A stretch of DNA of 61,371 nt, from NCBI GenBank assembly GCA_947306705.1, contig CAMZHD010000001.1, positions 1 to 61,371 of the forward strand, written 5' to 3'. The translations under genes were made by a program, and so were the position numbers. Below are positions 16,611 through 26,690 of the stretch, piece by piece; positions within the stretch are counted from its first letter, which is position 1; each line of letters begins with the position of its first letter. The DNA is from an uncultured Bacillales bacterium. Lineage in GTDB: Bacteria; Bacillota_I; Bacilli_A; RF39; UBA660. The notes under the pieces were generated by a model, which was given only the letters and a program-made list of their open reading frames with translations, did no database searches and was not told the origin of the DNA.

Positions 16611-19600
16611 ATGGTATATTTGGACCTACTACTTTGTATGGATCTCGAATTACTAATTGTCTTTGATGGATTGGTTGAACTTCGTCTGGTTTTCCATTGA
16701 ATGCATAGATAGATGCCTCTTCTGATAGACAAGCTGCGATGAAGTTTTCTAATCCTATTTCTTTTACAACTGGGTTTTGAATTTGATAATCTTTTAAGAA
16801 TTCTGTACCAATTGTATCAATTGCTAATCTTCCATCTGGTAAGTATCTATCGACTGCAAATAATGGTCTACTGGCTAGTCCTAAATTTTGTTCATATCCA
16901 CTTTGTCCTGCTCCACATCCAGTAACACTATATAGTTTATTATCAATAACAGATGTTTCAAAGATATGTAAATGTCCCATAACAACTCTATGAACATCAT
17001 CTGCTAAAGACCCTAAACGATCAAAGTGTTTAGACATTCCTCTCGTTGGAGTATCTCCTTTTGCCAATTGGAACAGATGGGCATAAGAAATATTATATCC
17101 ATTGATTGTTTTGCATCCTTGTGGAGATTGAATAATATCTCCTTTTTTATTTACAACAAATTCACTTAATGCAATTTCCATATCAGAACCTATGAAATCA
17201 CTATATTCATCTAAGTATTGTTTTAACATCTTATATAGGTTGATTCCTTTTTTATCCCAATCGGAATTATACTCATGATTTCCTTCTGCTAGATGAATAA
17301 ATTTAAAGATTCTTAGTTTTAATAATTTTGCTCTTATGACTCTTTCATATGGTTTTAATTCTGGAGGTAATTGTAAATCTAATGTATTATAATCCACTCC
17401 ATCTTTTATCGTACATATATTTTGATAGAAGCCTTTTCCGTAATCAATTGCATCGATTGATTTTAAATGATTTAGGATTTTTTCAGATGTTCCTGGATCA
17501 ATTTGAAAATCCTCATACTCTCCCTTAAAGATAAATGGACTTATAACACCAAATGCTTCCCTTAACCATGGTTGTAGTAGTTTTACAATATCCACCATTT
17601 GTTGAGCAACACTCATAGCTCCTACATGTCTATTTTCATTTGCATAAGATTTGTAATTCCATCCATGTACTAAATCTCCATTTCCAAGAATTCCTTTTGG
17701 AGCTTTGTAATCATAGAAGAAATGGTCTAATGCTTTTAATGTATATTCTAGGCGTTCCGTTAGAGATCCTGATTGAATATCATTTAAATAGAATACATCT
17801 ACTTCTTCTAATGGTTTTCCCGTTTTATTAACATGTTCCATGACTTCTCTTGAACGTTTCCAATATGGAATAATTGTCATTTTCTCTCTGGCATCTCCTG
17901 TTACTGTCCAAGAACCAGGATAATTTGGTCTTGTGGAGATTTTATTGATTCTCGCATACGTTGGATCAGATTTTACTTCTCTCATTCCAGGTAATAATTC
18001 TGGATGGAGCAAATATTTAGAGTCATCAATCATTTGTGGAACATTCAAAGCTACTTGATCTCCATAATATGAGATTGATTGCATTCCTTGTCTACCATCT
18101 ACAAATAATTGAGGAATTTCACTTTTATTTTCTAAAGCTCCTGATTGATAGATTCGAATTCTCTTAACGATTCCTTGTGTTGGATCTGCATATTGTGTAT
18201 TAGAAGAAAACATTGGATTCTTCTCAATACTTACTTTCATCGCAGGATCGTCTCCATATTGATCTACTGTGGAATGAACCACTCTAAACATATCATTATC
18301 CTTTAAATATTCTGGTTTAATAAATTTTCCAAGATCTCCTAGAGGTAATCCTTCTGAATAGTTCTTTAGGGCAACACATAATTCTGTTACTCTTGTTTGA
18401 CTTTCTTCATCTGTGAAGAAGTTAGTTACATCTTCTCCACTACGAATTAGATAAGGAATTAATTGTTGTCTAATAATTGGTTTTACCCAATCGTGTGATG
18501 ATTTATTATCTTCTCTTGCTAAGAAGTTATATCCTTTTACTCCTTGTTCTCTTGTATAGATTGTGAACATATCATCGGCAAGATGTTCTTCTTCATCTCC
18601 CATTTGATATACTACTTTGATTCCTGCATCATTTAGTCTTTTTACTAATTTTTTAGCAGCTTTTAATCTTTGATCAAGAGTTTCATATTTTGGATCAATT
18701 AATCCTCTTCTTGCGACTTGATTATGATAGAATGTGGAATAAATTAATCCTTGAATATACATCGTATCAACATGATCTGCAATTGCCATGTCGATTACAT
18801 TTTGTATATCTTCTTCACTATTATAAATATTTCCAATATTAGCTCCTGCCATAAAGGAAATCAATGGAAATCCTTTTTCTGCTGGTTCTACTGGTGTTAA
18901 ATGAGTTAGTGGTTTTCTTTTCTTTCTGCTTTCTTCAATGAATGTTGCACCAATACTATCATAGGTACGAACATTTAATCCTGCCGTTGGATGCATTGAA
19001 AAATCATTTGAGCCTGATCGATTGACTTTAATATATCTTTCTACATTTTTCTTAATAAATTGATAAGATTCTTGTAGGGATTCTGCATGTGGTAGAAAAG
19101 CAATATCAATTGGGAATGTATTTGGTTTTTGTTCTCTACCAATGAATCCTTCATTTTCTAATACTCTTTCTAATTTTGCTAAACCTGCATCCGTAGAAAT
19201 ATCAATTCCAGGTAAGAAATGAACTGCTGAGTGACCTTTTTTATTGATTAAAGACTTATATCCCTCATATAGATCATCCCTACATAATATGTGATGCCCA
19301 CCATTCTTTTTAATGTCTTCTGAAAGATATTTTACTAAATCATCATAGTTTTTATCTTTTGCGAGATACTCTGTCATAGACTTTGCGATAGATTCAAATA
19401 GAGCCATATTCTCGTTACTTAATTTTCCCTCTACTTGTTTCATTAATAATTTATAATGTTTTTCTGGATCGTATTTTTTAGATCTTGCGAATTGTTCTAA
19501 TTTTGCGACATCAAAGCATTCTTCTTTGTCCCTCATCGCTCTATGTGGCAAGTCATGATCTTTTGCGATGATTTCATCATAATACTCTGGACATCTTCTA

Positions 19601-20121
19601 TAATCTCGTAGTGCTTTCACCCTAATTCTTTTTCTTTCAACACCCTGTGTATCATTCTCTTGACGATAAACTTGTATAATGTAACTTTCATATTTAGCTG
19701 GATCTAATCCTTGAATAATAGATTTATCATCTAATCCAAATAAAGTGGTTATATAGTCTTCTTTTTTATCACATGCTTGCATCAACAATGTATTGTAGAT
19801 TGCATTTGCGATATTATTTGTTTTTCTATCAAAAAATAATAAAGATGGTTTCACTCTACTATTAGCAGCTGCATATCCTGCTTGTGAAGCCATCACATAA
19901 AAACCACCTACTTGACTAATCATAATAGGTGCATGTTTTGCTTTTTGTAAATCTCTAAAAGCAATACTTAAATCATTGAAATCATCAGATGAACATAATT
20001 TAATTCTTTCATCATTTAGTTTTAGACTTGTCTCTCCATACATATCTAAAAATTCTTTAATTCTTTTTTCTTTAAAACTCTTCTTTTTTTCGGCACTAAA
20101 TTTAACTTCGTCTTTAACCAT
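16609..20121 (-). CDS. Large cytoplasmic protein with a C-terminal calcineurin-like metallophosphoesterase core and an unassigned N-terminal ~750 aa
   Basis: Metallophosphoesterase motifs in order: GNGDLVHGW (GDxxH/D-like), AEGNHEYN (GNHE), VVMGHLH (GHxH). Motif I looks degenerate (LNDIQSG). Start set to the ATG at 20121, 8 nt after GGAGGG. The track ORF starts at a GTG at 20127. Confidence 0.55.
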   Translation of the reverse strand: MVKDEVKFSAEKKKSFKEKRIKEFLDMYGETSLKLNDERIKLCSSDDFNDLSIAFRDLQKAKHAPIMISQVGGFYVMASQAGYAAANSRVKPSLLFFDRKTNNIANAIYNTLLMQACDKKEDYITTLFGLDDKSIIQGLDPAKYESYIIQVYRQENDTQGVERKRIRVKALRDYRRCPEYYDEIIAKDHDLPHRAMRDKEECFDVAKLEQFARSKKYDPEKHYKLLMKQVEGKLSNENMALFESIAKSMTEYLAKDKNYDDLVKYLSEDIKKNGGHHILCRDDLYEGYKSLINKKGHSAVHFLPGIDISTDAGLAKLERVLENEGFIGREQKPNTFPIDIAFLPHAESLQESYQFIKKNVERYIKVNRSGSNDFSMHPTAGLNVRTYDSIGATFIEESRKKRKPLTHLTPVEPAEKGFPLISFMAGANIGNIYNSEEDIQNVIDMAIADHVDTMYIQGLIYSTFYHNQVARRGLIDPKYETLDQRLKAAKKLVKRLNDAGIKVVYQMGDEEEHLADDMFTIYTREQGVKGYNFLAREDNKSSHDWVKPIIRQQLIPYLIRSGEDVTNFFTDEESQTRVTELCVALKNYSEGLPLGDLGKFIKPEYLKDNDMFRVVHSTVDQYGDDPAMKVSIEKNPMFSSNTQYADPTQGIVKRIRIYQSGALENKSEIPQLFVDGRQGMQSISYYGDQVALNVPQMIDDSKYLLHPELLPGMREVKSDPTYARINKISTRPNYPGSWTVTGDAREKMTIIPYWKRSREVMEHVNKTGKPLEEVDVFYLNDIQSGSLTERLEYTLKALDHFFYDYKAPKGILGNGDLVHGWNYKSYANENRHVGAMSVAQQMVDIVKLLQPWLREAFGVISPFIFKGEYEDFQIDPGTSEKILNHLKSIDAIDYGKGFYQNICTIKDGVDYNTLDLQLPPELKPYERVIRAKLLKLRIFKFIHLAEGNHEYNSDWDKKGINLYKMLKQYLDEYSDFIGSDMEIALSEFVVNKKGDIIQSPQGCKTINGYNISYAHLFQLAKGDTPTRGMSKHFDRLGSLADDVHRVVMGHLHIFETSVIDNKLYSVTGCGAGQSGYEQNLGLASRPLFAVDRYLPDGRLAIDTIGTEFLKDYQIQNPVVKEIGLENFIAACLSEEASIYAFNGKPDEVQPIHQRQLVIRDPYKVVGPNIP

Positions 20122-20220
20122 TTCCACTACCCTCCATAGTATATTATCTCATACTTAAAAGAACAGTACAAATAAATATTACTTAACTCTTTAAGATTTA
20201 ATATAACCTAGTTTTATCAA

Positions 20221-20254
20221 AATAAAAATGCAAATTATAAACTTGCATTTTTTC
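20221..20254 (-). terminator. Rho-independent terminator of the HD-domain gene
   Basis: 9-bp stem AAAATGCAA/TTGCATTTT with a 9-nt loop containing the stop codon. U-rich trail on the minus strand. Confidence 0.65.
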
Positions 20255-21011
20255 TTATATTTGTATTTGTCTTTTTAATATACTGTACTACTTTTTGGAA
20301 TAACTCACTGTCTTTATAAATTGGTGCATCATTATGAATCCATAAGTCAAATGCTGTTTTAACTTCTCCGCTATCAATCAATGCTTTATTATTAGGATTC
20401 ATTGTGATTTTACTAGATTGTTCTCCTAGAGGTTTATGCATTCCTCTATCTTGATAAACTTTAGAACGAATATCAGCATCCATCTTATCACAATAATAAG
20501 CTAGTCTTGATTCTTTTGTCTTATGTTCATCAAACTCAAGTAATAATTCATATATTTCATCGCTGGTACATAAATCTCCAATGACTTCTTTCATAGCTTG
20601 ATGTTCTAATTCTATTTTTTGCTCTCTCGTAATATTGTCATAAGGAGTAATATCTCCAATTAATACTTCTCCGATTTCATGAAGCAATAACATTTTTAAT
20701 ACTTTTCCAATATTGACTCCTAAATCAAACTGAGCATCTAAACTAATCGCAAGAATACCAGTACCAAATGTGTGTTCTCCTACACTCTCTAGTCTTTCAC
20801 TATTAACTCTCCAATGTTCATTATCCCAACCACTTCTAATTTTATCTTTTAGTTCTGTTGCGAGAAGGTAAAATCTCATTGCTTCTGCAATATAGGATTC
20901 TACTTCTTTTTCTACATCTCTTCCTTGTAGTTTCATAATTCCTTTTGATACTTTGTTTCGAATCTTATAAGGTAAACTCGTATTGAAGGAATAAATCTTT
21001 AATCGCTTCAT
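20235..21011 (-). CDS. HD-domain phosphohydrolase, YfbR-like 5'-deoxynucleotidase family, with an N-terminal extension
   Basis: RSGW...ESVGEHTF (His) and LLHEIGEVLIGDITPYD (HD..D) motifs. AGGAGG SD. Confidence 0.7.
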   Translation of the reverse strand: MKRLKIYSFNTSLPYKIRNKVSKGIMKLQGRDVEKEVESYIAEAMRFYLLATELKDKIRSGWDNEHWRVNSERLESVGEHTFGTGILAISLDAQFDLGVNIGKVLKMLLLHEIGEVLIGDITPYDNITREQKIELEHQAMKEVIGDLCTSDEIYELLLEFDEHKTKESRLAYYCDKMDADIRSKVYQDRGMHKPLGEQSSKITMNPNNKALIDSGEVKTAFDLWIHNDAPIYKDSELFQKVVQYIKKTNTNIRKNASL

Positions 21012-21062
21012 AAATCCTCCTGATGACTTTTTATCCTACCATAGTCTTTATTATTCATCAAT

Positions 21063-21089
21063 AAAAAAAGAGATAAAAATCTCTTTTTT
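21063..21089 (-). terminator. Rho-independent terminator after the 88-aa membrane protein gene
   Basis: Stem AAAGAGAT/ATCTCTTT flanked by A and T runs. Confidence 0.7.
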
Positions 21090-21354
21090 AAAATACAGAT
21101 GCATTTTCTAATAATAGGATAATCACTAATGTAATATAAATTAATAGACAGAATGCTACTCCTACAATTCCTGTGATTAGTCCAGCAATTCCTAGTTTCT
21201 TTCCATCCTTCTTGTAAGATCTTGCTCCTAAGACAATTGCGGTAATTCCTGTAGGCAAAGAAATATACCAAAAGAAAGTCGTGATTGCTGATATGATTCC
21301 TAATACTAAGGAAATAATATGAGATAGTTGTCTATCTTGTTCTTTATTTTTCAT
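21088..21354 (-). CDS. Small two-TM membrane protein (DUF4190-like)
   Basis: 88 aa with two hydrophobic segments separated by GARSYKKDGKKLG. Start is 1 nt after the upstream stop. The overlapping ORF 21008-21271 is treated as spurious. Confidence 0.5.
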   Translation of the reverse strand: MKNKEQDRQLSHIISLVLGIISAITTFFWYISLPTGITAIVLGARSYKKDGKKLGIAGLITGIVGVAFCLLIYITLVIILLLENASVF

Positions 21355-21355
21355 T

Positions 21356-23314
21356 TTAATGGTCTCCTTCCTTAAATTTTAATTGACTAATTTCTTTTAA
21401 ATCACTTAATTGATTTACTTTTAATTCTGTTTCAGATACAGTATATAGATTCTCTTCAATATACAATCCTCTTAATAATTTAGATGGATAATATTGATAC
21501 CAATCATCTTCTTTTTTCTCATGATTAATAACTCCTTTTAATTGGAATCCTTCTAAATCTATATGATATACAAAGTATCCTTCTGAAACATAATCATCTT
21601 TTTCTTTAAACAATTCTATATCTTCCTCTATCATTTCAGATTCTTCAATCAAGAAATCCTCTTGATAATGATTCACTGGAATTGCGAGTAATTCTTTTTC
21701 TTTTGAGAATAATAATGCTTTTGGATTTGTTAGGATGGCAGATACGGTTCTTGAATCTCCTATCGTTGTCTTATCAATTTCTCTTGGATTATGAATATCT
21801 GATACATCAAATAAACTCATCTTCATTCCTGTAATGGTTACCCATGAACTCGTTACATTTCCATAACTATCTCTATTAATGACTTCTTCTGTATCCATTC
21901 CAATTCCAATCAAATGATTTTCATCATATGGATGTAGATACGTACTATATCCAGGTATTTTTAATTCTCCTAATACTTCTGGTTTCTTTGGATTACTTAA
22001 ATCAATCACAAATAGTGGATCTGTATTTCGATAGGTTACTAAATAGGCTTTATCTCCTATAAAACGAGAAGCATACATATCTTCATTCTTTTCTAGGCTT
22101 TCTGTTTCTCCTAATAATTTTAAATTCTTATCAAGAACTGCTACTCTTGTTCCTTCCCAAGACTCTAAAGCAATTCTTAAATTTCCGTCTTTCTCATCTA
22201 GAGAATATTGATTAATTGTGTGTCCATTTATTGTGGTATTTGTTTGATAAGTTACTCCCTTTTTCTTATCTAATGCAAATTTATAAATTCTTGTTTGATT
22301 TCCATAAGAATAATCATTATTATCAATTTCTTCTATAATTCCAAAGATTCCTTTCCATCCAAAAATAGATTTTAATGGGATTCTTCTATGATTATAATGA
22401 GTATTTAATAGATAAATATTTTCTTTTGAAATATAAGCATTGGATAAATCCATTAAGTAAGAAGATAATTCTACTTCTTGAATATTATTTAAATCCAATT
22501 CAGCAATTAAAGTTTGTATACTATTAACTTGATCTTTCAAATAATGAATTTTCTTTAATTCAATTTGCTTTGTTTTATTATCTTCGATATAGTCTCTATT
22601 AATCTTATCATTTTCTTCTCTTAAATATCCTTTTGAAAAAACATATAATTTTCCATCTATACATCTTGTTGTGAAATATGGTTCTTGTAGTTCAAAACTC
22701 TTTAACCGTTTTGGAGTATCTTTTTCTTTTATATCATAGATATCTACTACTGTATTACTCCTATTATAATAGTAAAAACGATATTCTCTTTCTAAGTCTG
22801 TTTCTGCAGAGATTACTACTAATCTATCTTTATATAGTAATAAATCACTTGGAATCGCATTATCATTATAGATGGTTGCTTCTATTTTAGGATTTTCTGG
22901 ATCTTTTACGTTTGTAATAATGACTTTATTTTCCGAAATAGAATAAATATAATTTCCATCTGTTTTGATAATATCTGCTTCATCGACTCCTTCTACTTGA
23001 ATATTGGTTTCAGAATACTCTTTTGGTTCTACAGATGTTGTTGTGCCTTCTGCATCTTCTACATAATCAACCATTCTTCCACCTTTTGAATTATAAGCAT
23101 AGATTCTTCTATCATTTGCAAAGATAGAGAATGGTAGTGTAATCATCTTTTCAAAGAAACTTAGACGATTCCCTCTTTCTTCTTTTACGATTTGAAGCAA
23201 TTCTTTTTCACTTTTGATGGTTCTAATCTCTTGTTTCTTTTGAATTGAACTTAAAGAAACGGCAAGAACTATTAATATTAATAAAACAATGAATAATTTC
23301 TTTACTTCTTTCAT
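21356..23314 (-). CDS. Membrane-anchored or secreted beta-propeller domain protein (COG4880/PF09826-like)
   Basis: N-terminal TM anchor. ETNIQVEGVDEADIIKTDGNYIY is the characteristic opening of this family, followed by a long beta-rich remainder. Confidence 0.65.
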   Translation of the reverse strand: MKEVKKLFIVLLILIVLAVSLSSIQKKQEIRTIKSEKELLQIVKEERGNRLSFFEKMITLPFSIFANDRRIYAYNSKGGRMVDYVEDAEGTTTSVEPKEYSETNIQVEGVDEADIIKTDGNYIYSISENKVIITNVKDPENPKIEATIYNDNAIPSDLLLYKDRLVVISAETDLEREYRFYYYNRSNTVVDIYDIKEKDTPKRLKSFELQEPYFTTRCIDGKLYVFSKGYLREENDKINRDYIEDNKTKQIELKKIHYLKDQVNSIQTLIAELDLNNIQEVELSSYLMDLSNAYISKENIYLLNTHYNHRRIPLKSIFGWKGIFGIIEEIDNNDYSYGNQTRIYKFALDKKKGVTYQTNTTINGHTINQYSLDEKDGNLRIALESWEGTRVAVLDKNLKLLGETESLEKNEDMYASRFIGDKAYLVTYRNTDPLFVIDLSNPKKPEVLGELKIPGYSTYLHPYDENHLIGIGMDTEEVINRDSYGNVTSSWVTITGMKMSLFDVSDIHNPREIDKTTIGDSRTVSAILTNPKALLFSKEKELLAIPVNHYQEDFLIEESEMIEEDIELFKEKDDYVSEGYFVYHIDLEGFQLKGVINHEKKEDDWYQYYPSKLLRGLYIEENLYTVSETELKVNQLSDLKEISQLKFKEGDH

Positions 23315-23405
23315 AACTCCTCCTTATTATCTATATTATAACATAAAAAAGAATCATTATTGATTTTCTTTTCTTTTTAGTATTCCATAAGCTAATGCGA
23401 CCAAA

Positions 23406-23924
23406 TTATCTATGTTTACGCTTTAGAAGTGTATATCCGCCGTAACTAAGGGCTCCTACAGATAATAATCCTATGATGGAGTCTCCTGATTCATTTTCTT
23501 TTTTTATTTGCTCTACTACTTCTTTTTCATAGACACAACTATTATCATCTACAGTAGCTTCTGGATTATAGTTTTCAGCATGCATGTTCATACAACCTTT
23601 AATATCATATTTACAGGAACCATCATCTACAGTTGCTTCTTTATTATAATTTTTTGCTTGTGGATCCATGCATCCTTTTACGGTATAGACACAGCTTCCA
23701 TCATCATGATTTGCATCTAAGTTATAGTTATCTGCTTTATAATCCGTACATCCCCATACTTCTGGTGGAGTACAAGTACATGTCTTACTTAAGGTATTAT
23801 CACAACACACTTGTCTTCCATATTTACTACAGCCACATACTCCTCCATGACTGGAACAACATCCTCTTGCGGCATAAATATTAATTGGAATGATTAATAG
23901 AATGATTAATAACAGTTTTCTCAT
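23406..23924 (-). CDS. Secreted Cys-rich protein with three ~24-aa C-x-D..A.NYN..A..DDGSC.Y repeats and a C-terminal TM anchor
   Basis: Signal peptide, then GCCSSHGGVCGC. Three repeats follow: GCTDYKADNYNLDANHDDGSCVY, GCMDPQAKNYNKEATVDDGSCKY, GCMNMHAENYNPEATVDDNSCVY. The tail is hydrophobic plus KRKHR. Start set to the ATG at 23924, after AAGGTG. Confidence 0.55.
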   Translation of the reverse strand: MRKLLLIILLIIPINIYAARGCCSSHGGVCGCSKYGRQVCCDNTLSKTCTCTPPEVWGCTDYKADNYNLDANHDDGSCVYTVKGCMDPQAKNYNKEATVDDGSCKYDIKGCMNMHAENYNPEATVDDNSCVYEKEVVEQIKKENESGDSIIGLLSVGALSYGGYTLLKRKHR

Positions 23925-23995
23925 TTCATTCACCTTACTCTTCTTAAATTATATCATAAGATAAGATATGATATAATGGTTATTGAAGTGATTGT

Positions 23996-25018
23996 ATGAA
24001 AGATTGTGCACCATTATTATTAGATTGGTATTTAAAAAACAAAAGAGAATTGCCTTGGAGAAGGGATAAAGATCCTTATCATGTATGGATTAGTGAAATT
24101 ATGCTTCAACAAACTAGGATAGAAGCAGTGATTGACTATTACCATCGCTTTATGGAGAAAGTTCCTTCTATTCAAGCATTAAGTGAAATATCAGAAGATG
24201 AATTATTAAAATTATGGGAAGGTCTAGGATATTATAGTCGAGCTCGTAATTTAAAAAAGGCTGCTTGTATGATTATGGAGAAATATCATGGAGAATTTCC
24301 TAAGAATTATCATGATATTTTATCTCTTCCTGGTATTGGAGAGTATACGGCAGGAGCTATTTCTTCTATTTGTTTTAATTTGCCTGAAGTTGCGATTGAT
24401 GGAAATGTCATGCGTGTATACTGTAGAGTTACAGATAGTGATTTAGATATTAGTGATTTAAAAGTAAAAAAAGAAATTGGAGAAAAAGTTAGAGAAATTC
24501 TTCCGAAAGAAAGTGGAGATTTCAATCAAGGAATCATGGAATTAGGAGAAGTTATTTGTATTCCAGGAGGAGTTCCTAAATGTGAAATTTGTCCTTTAAG
24601 ATTTCATTGTATGGCTCATGTGAATCATAGGGAGACATTAATTCCTAGAAAGATTGTGAAAAAAGAAAAATTAGAAGAAGAATATACTTTGTTTTTAATA
24701 AAGTATAAAAACACTTATGCTTTGAGAAAACGAGGAGATGGTCTTCTAAAAAATATGTGGGAGTTTCCGAATGAAAATGGTTTTCTTACGATGGAAGAAG
24801 TTAAAGGAAAGATTAAGAATATCAAGAGTATTCAAAGTAGTATTACTAATACTCATATCTTTACTCATAAAAAATGGTTTATGAACAGTTATTTGATAGA
24901 AGTAAGTAAGAAAGATCCTTCTTATGAATGGTTCTCTCTAGAAGAAATTGAAACAAATTGTGCACTTGCTTCTGCTTATATGCCTTTCCTAGAAGCAATC
25001 AAAAAATCTACTGAGTAG
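23996..25018 (+). CDS. mutY: A/G-specific adenine DNA glycosylase
   Basis: ISEIMLQQTRIEAV, GLGYYSRARNL, the HhH-GPD motif LPGIGEYTAGAI, the 4Fe-4S cluster cysteines C..PKCEICPLRFHC, and a C-terminal Nudix-like domain. Confidence 0.85.
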   Translation: MKDCAPLLLDWYLKNKRELPWRRDKDPYHVWISEIMLQQTRIEAVIDYYHRFMEKVPSIQALSEISEDELLKLWEGLGYYSRARNLKKAACMIMEKYHGEFPKNYHDILSLPGIGEYTAGAISSICFNLPEVAIDGNVMRVYCRVTDSDLDISDLKVKKEIGEKVREILPKESGDFNQGIMELGEVICIPGGVPKCEICPLRFHCMAHVNHRETLIPRKIVKKEKLEEEYTLFLIKYKNTYALRKRGDGLLKNMWEFPNENGFLTMEEVKGKIKNIKSIQSSITNTHIFTHKKWFMNSYLIEVSKKDPSYEWFSLEEIETNCALASAYMPFLEAIKKSTE

Positions 25019-25068
25019 ATTTTTTTGTTTCTCTATGTTATAATAAACAACCGAAATCAGGTGGGGTT

Positions 25069-26661
25069 ATGGAGAGAATCCTTTATAAAGATGAAACATG
25101 TGAACTAGTATTGTTTATCAATTCTACTTCTATTACTGGATATAAAATAATGGATCAAGAAATGTTTCCTATTACGCAAAAAGATTTAGATGTTTTTTCT
25201 TTTCTAAGAAATATTGATAATCTTCCATCTTTCTTTTATAGAAAAGGGATTCCTACTACAATGTATCGTGGGAAGGGAATCCGTTTAGGAGAAGAAAGAA
25301 AATTAACGTTTGGACAAAGAATAATTCTTTGTACAATCATTGGTCTTACTCTTTTAGTGGGGCCTAGAGAAATTCCTGTAGTTGCGAAAGCAAATGATTT
25401 TATTCAGTTTATGAAAGCTTCACAGGATTATTCTGTAGAAGGTGTATTGGCTTCTATTCAAGCATCTCCTTATTTAACACAAGAGGAAAAGAATTTCTTA
25501 AAGAATGAAGATTTAATAGAAGATGTTTTAAAAACTGTTAATACGGATTTATCCACAAAAGCATTATTCTTAAGTTATATTCATCACATCGATATTCAAT
25601 CTTATGGAGCAGAAGATCCACAATATAATAGTGCTTATGGGTATTACAATCTATCTACTCCTAGTACAATGTTTATGAAAGACTATACAGGTTTAAATGA
25701 CAAAGAAGATACTCTTGCACATGAATATATTCATTTACTTCAAGATACTTCAGGATATAATTTGATCATTGAAGCTTGTGCTGAAATAGTATCTACTGAA
25801 TATTATCATGTACCGGAGTCTTACTATCCTTTCCAAGTACAATTATTAAAAGTATTGATGGAAACCATTGGTTCTGATGTTGTTTGGAATTATAGTTTTA
25901 CAGGAGATTTTTCAGGAATTGAAGAAAGAGTAAAACCTCATCTTAGTGAGGAAGAATATCAAGACTTCTTAGATTGTTTAACATTTGATTATGATAATGC
26001 TTCTGCTAATTATCCTAAATATGATCGATTAAGAGAACTGATCAGTAAACTATATAAGAGTATTTATCATAAAGACATCGAGGAGGATTTAATAATTCAG
26101 TTAATTAATCATTATGATTTTACTTTGAATCGTTCTTACTTTAATCCTAGACAAACAAATGATTCTTACTATTTAAATTATGAATTAGGAGAATATGAAA
26201 CATTAAGTTATGAAGATGCCATTAATAGAGGAATGATTCTCGTTTTTGCAACCCAAAGAACTCCTATTAGTATGGATGAAGCTATGGAAATTGTGAGAAA
26301 TAGGAATTATGCTATTCATCGTGATATTGATAATAATGGGCATCAAGTTAGTTTCCTTAGAACATCTAGTGATGGAGTTCAAATGATTGTATCTGTCATT
26401 ATAGATGGAGAACGATATGAGAATATCGACATTGATGAATTAGCTAGAAGAGGAATTCTAACCATTCATTATTCTATGGTAAAACAAAAGAAGTTAACGT
26501 ATGAAGAATATAGAGATCATAATTATTGGGAAGATGCAGAAATACGTATCATGCATGCTGGAGATACTACTTTAAATGAAGATAATGTTGTAGGATTTGT
26601 TCCTATGAAAATACTTCTTCCTTCTATCGAAGAACGTTATCAAACTCAAAATCAAAAATAA
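25069..26661 (+). CDS. Membrane-anchored protein with an HExxH motif (putative zinc metallopeptidase)
   Basis: One TM segment (IILCTIIGLTLLVGP). AHEYIHLLQD followed by EACAE. Nothing else is assignable. Confidence 0.4.
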   Translation: MERILYKDETCELVLFINSTSITGYKIMDQEMFPITQKDLDVFSFLRNIDNLPSFFYRKGIPTTMYRGKGIRLGEERKLTFGQRIILCTIIGLTLLVGPREIPVVAKANDFIQFMKASQDYSVEGVLASIQASPYLTQEEKNFLKNEDLIEDVLKTVNTDLSTKALFLSYIHHIDIQSYGAEDPQYNSAYGYYNLSTPSTMFMKDYTGLNDKEDTLAHEYIHLLQDTSGYNLIIEACAEIVSTEYYHVPESYYPFQVQLLKVLMETIGSDVVWNYSFTGDFSGIEERVKPHLSEEEYQDFLDCLTFDYDNASANYPKYDRLRELISKLYKSIYHKDIEEDLIIQLINHYDFTLNRSYFNPRQTNDSYYLNYELGEYETLSYEDAINRGMILVFATQRTPISMDEAMEIVRNRNYAIHRDIDNNGHQVSFLRTSSDGVQMIVSVIIDGERYENIDIDELARRGILTIHYSMVKQKKLTYEEYRDHNYWEDAEIRIMHAGDTTLNEDNVVGFVPMKILLPSIEERYQTQNQK

Positions 26662-26690
26662 AATATCCACAAGTTTTGTGGATATTTTTT
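26655..26690. terminator. Bidirectional terminator; near-identical copy at 28805-28840
   Basis: AAAAATAAAATATCCACAAGTTTTGTGGATATTTTTT. Stem ATATCCACA/TGTGGATAT. Confidence 0.75.

Noticed and set aside
16609-21011. The metallophosphoesterase giant, HD-domain protein, two Nudix hydrolases, 5'-nucleotidase, CYTH and dCMP deaminase, considered as one nucleotide-centred defence island.
   Set aside because: The genes are scattered over 40 kb, separated by terminators and housekeeping genes. Most match ordinary nucleotide-salvage families. No integrase, transposase or tRNA boundary marks an island.
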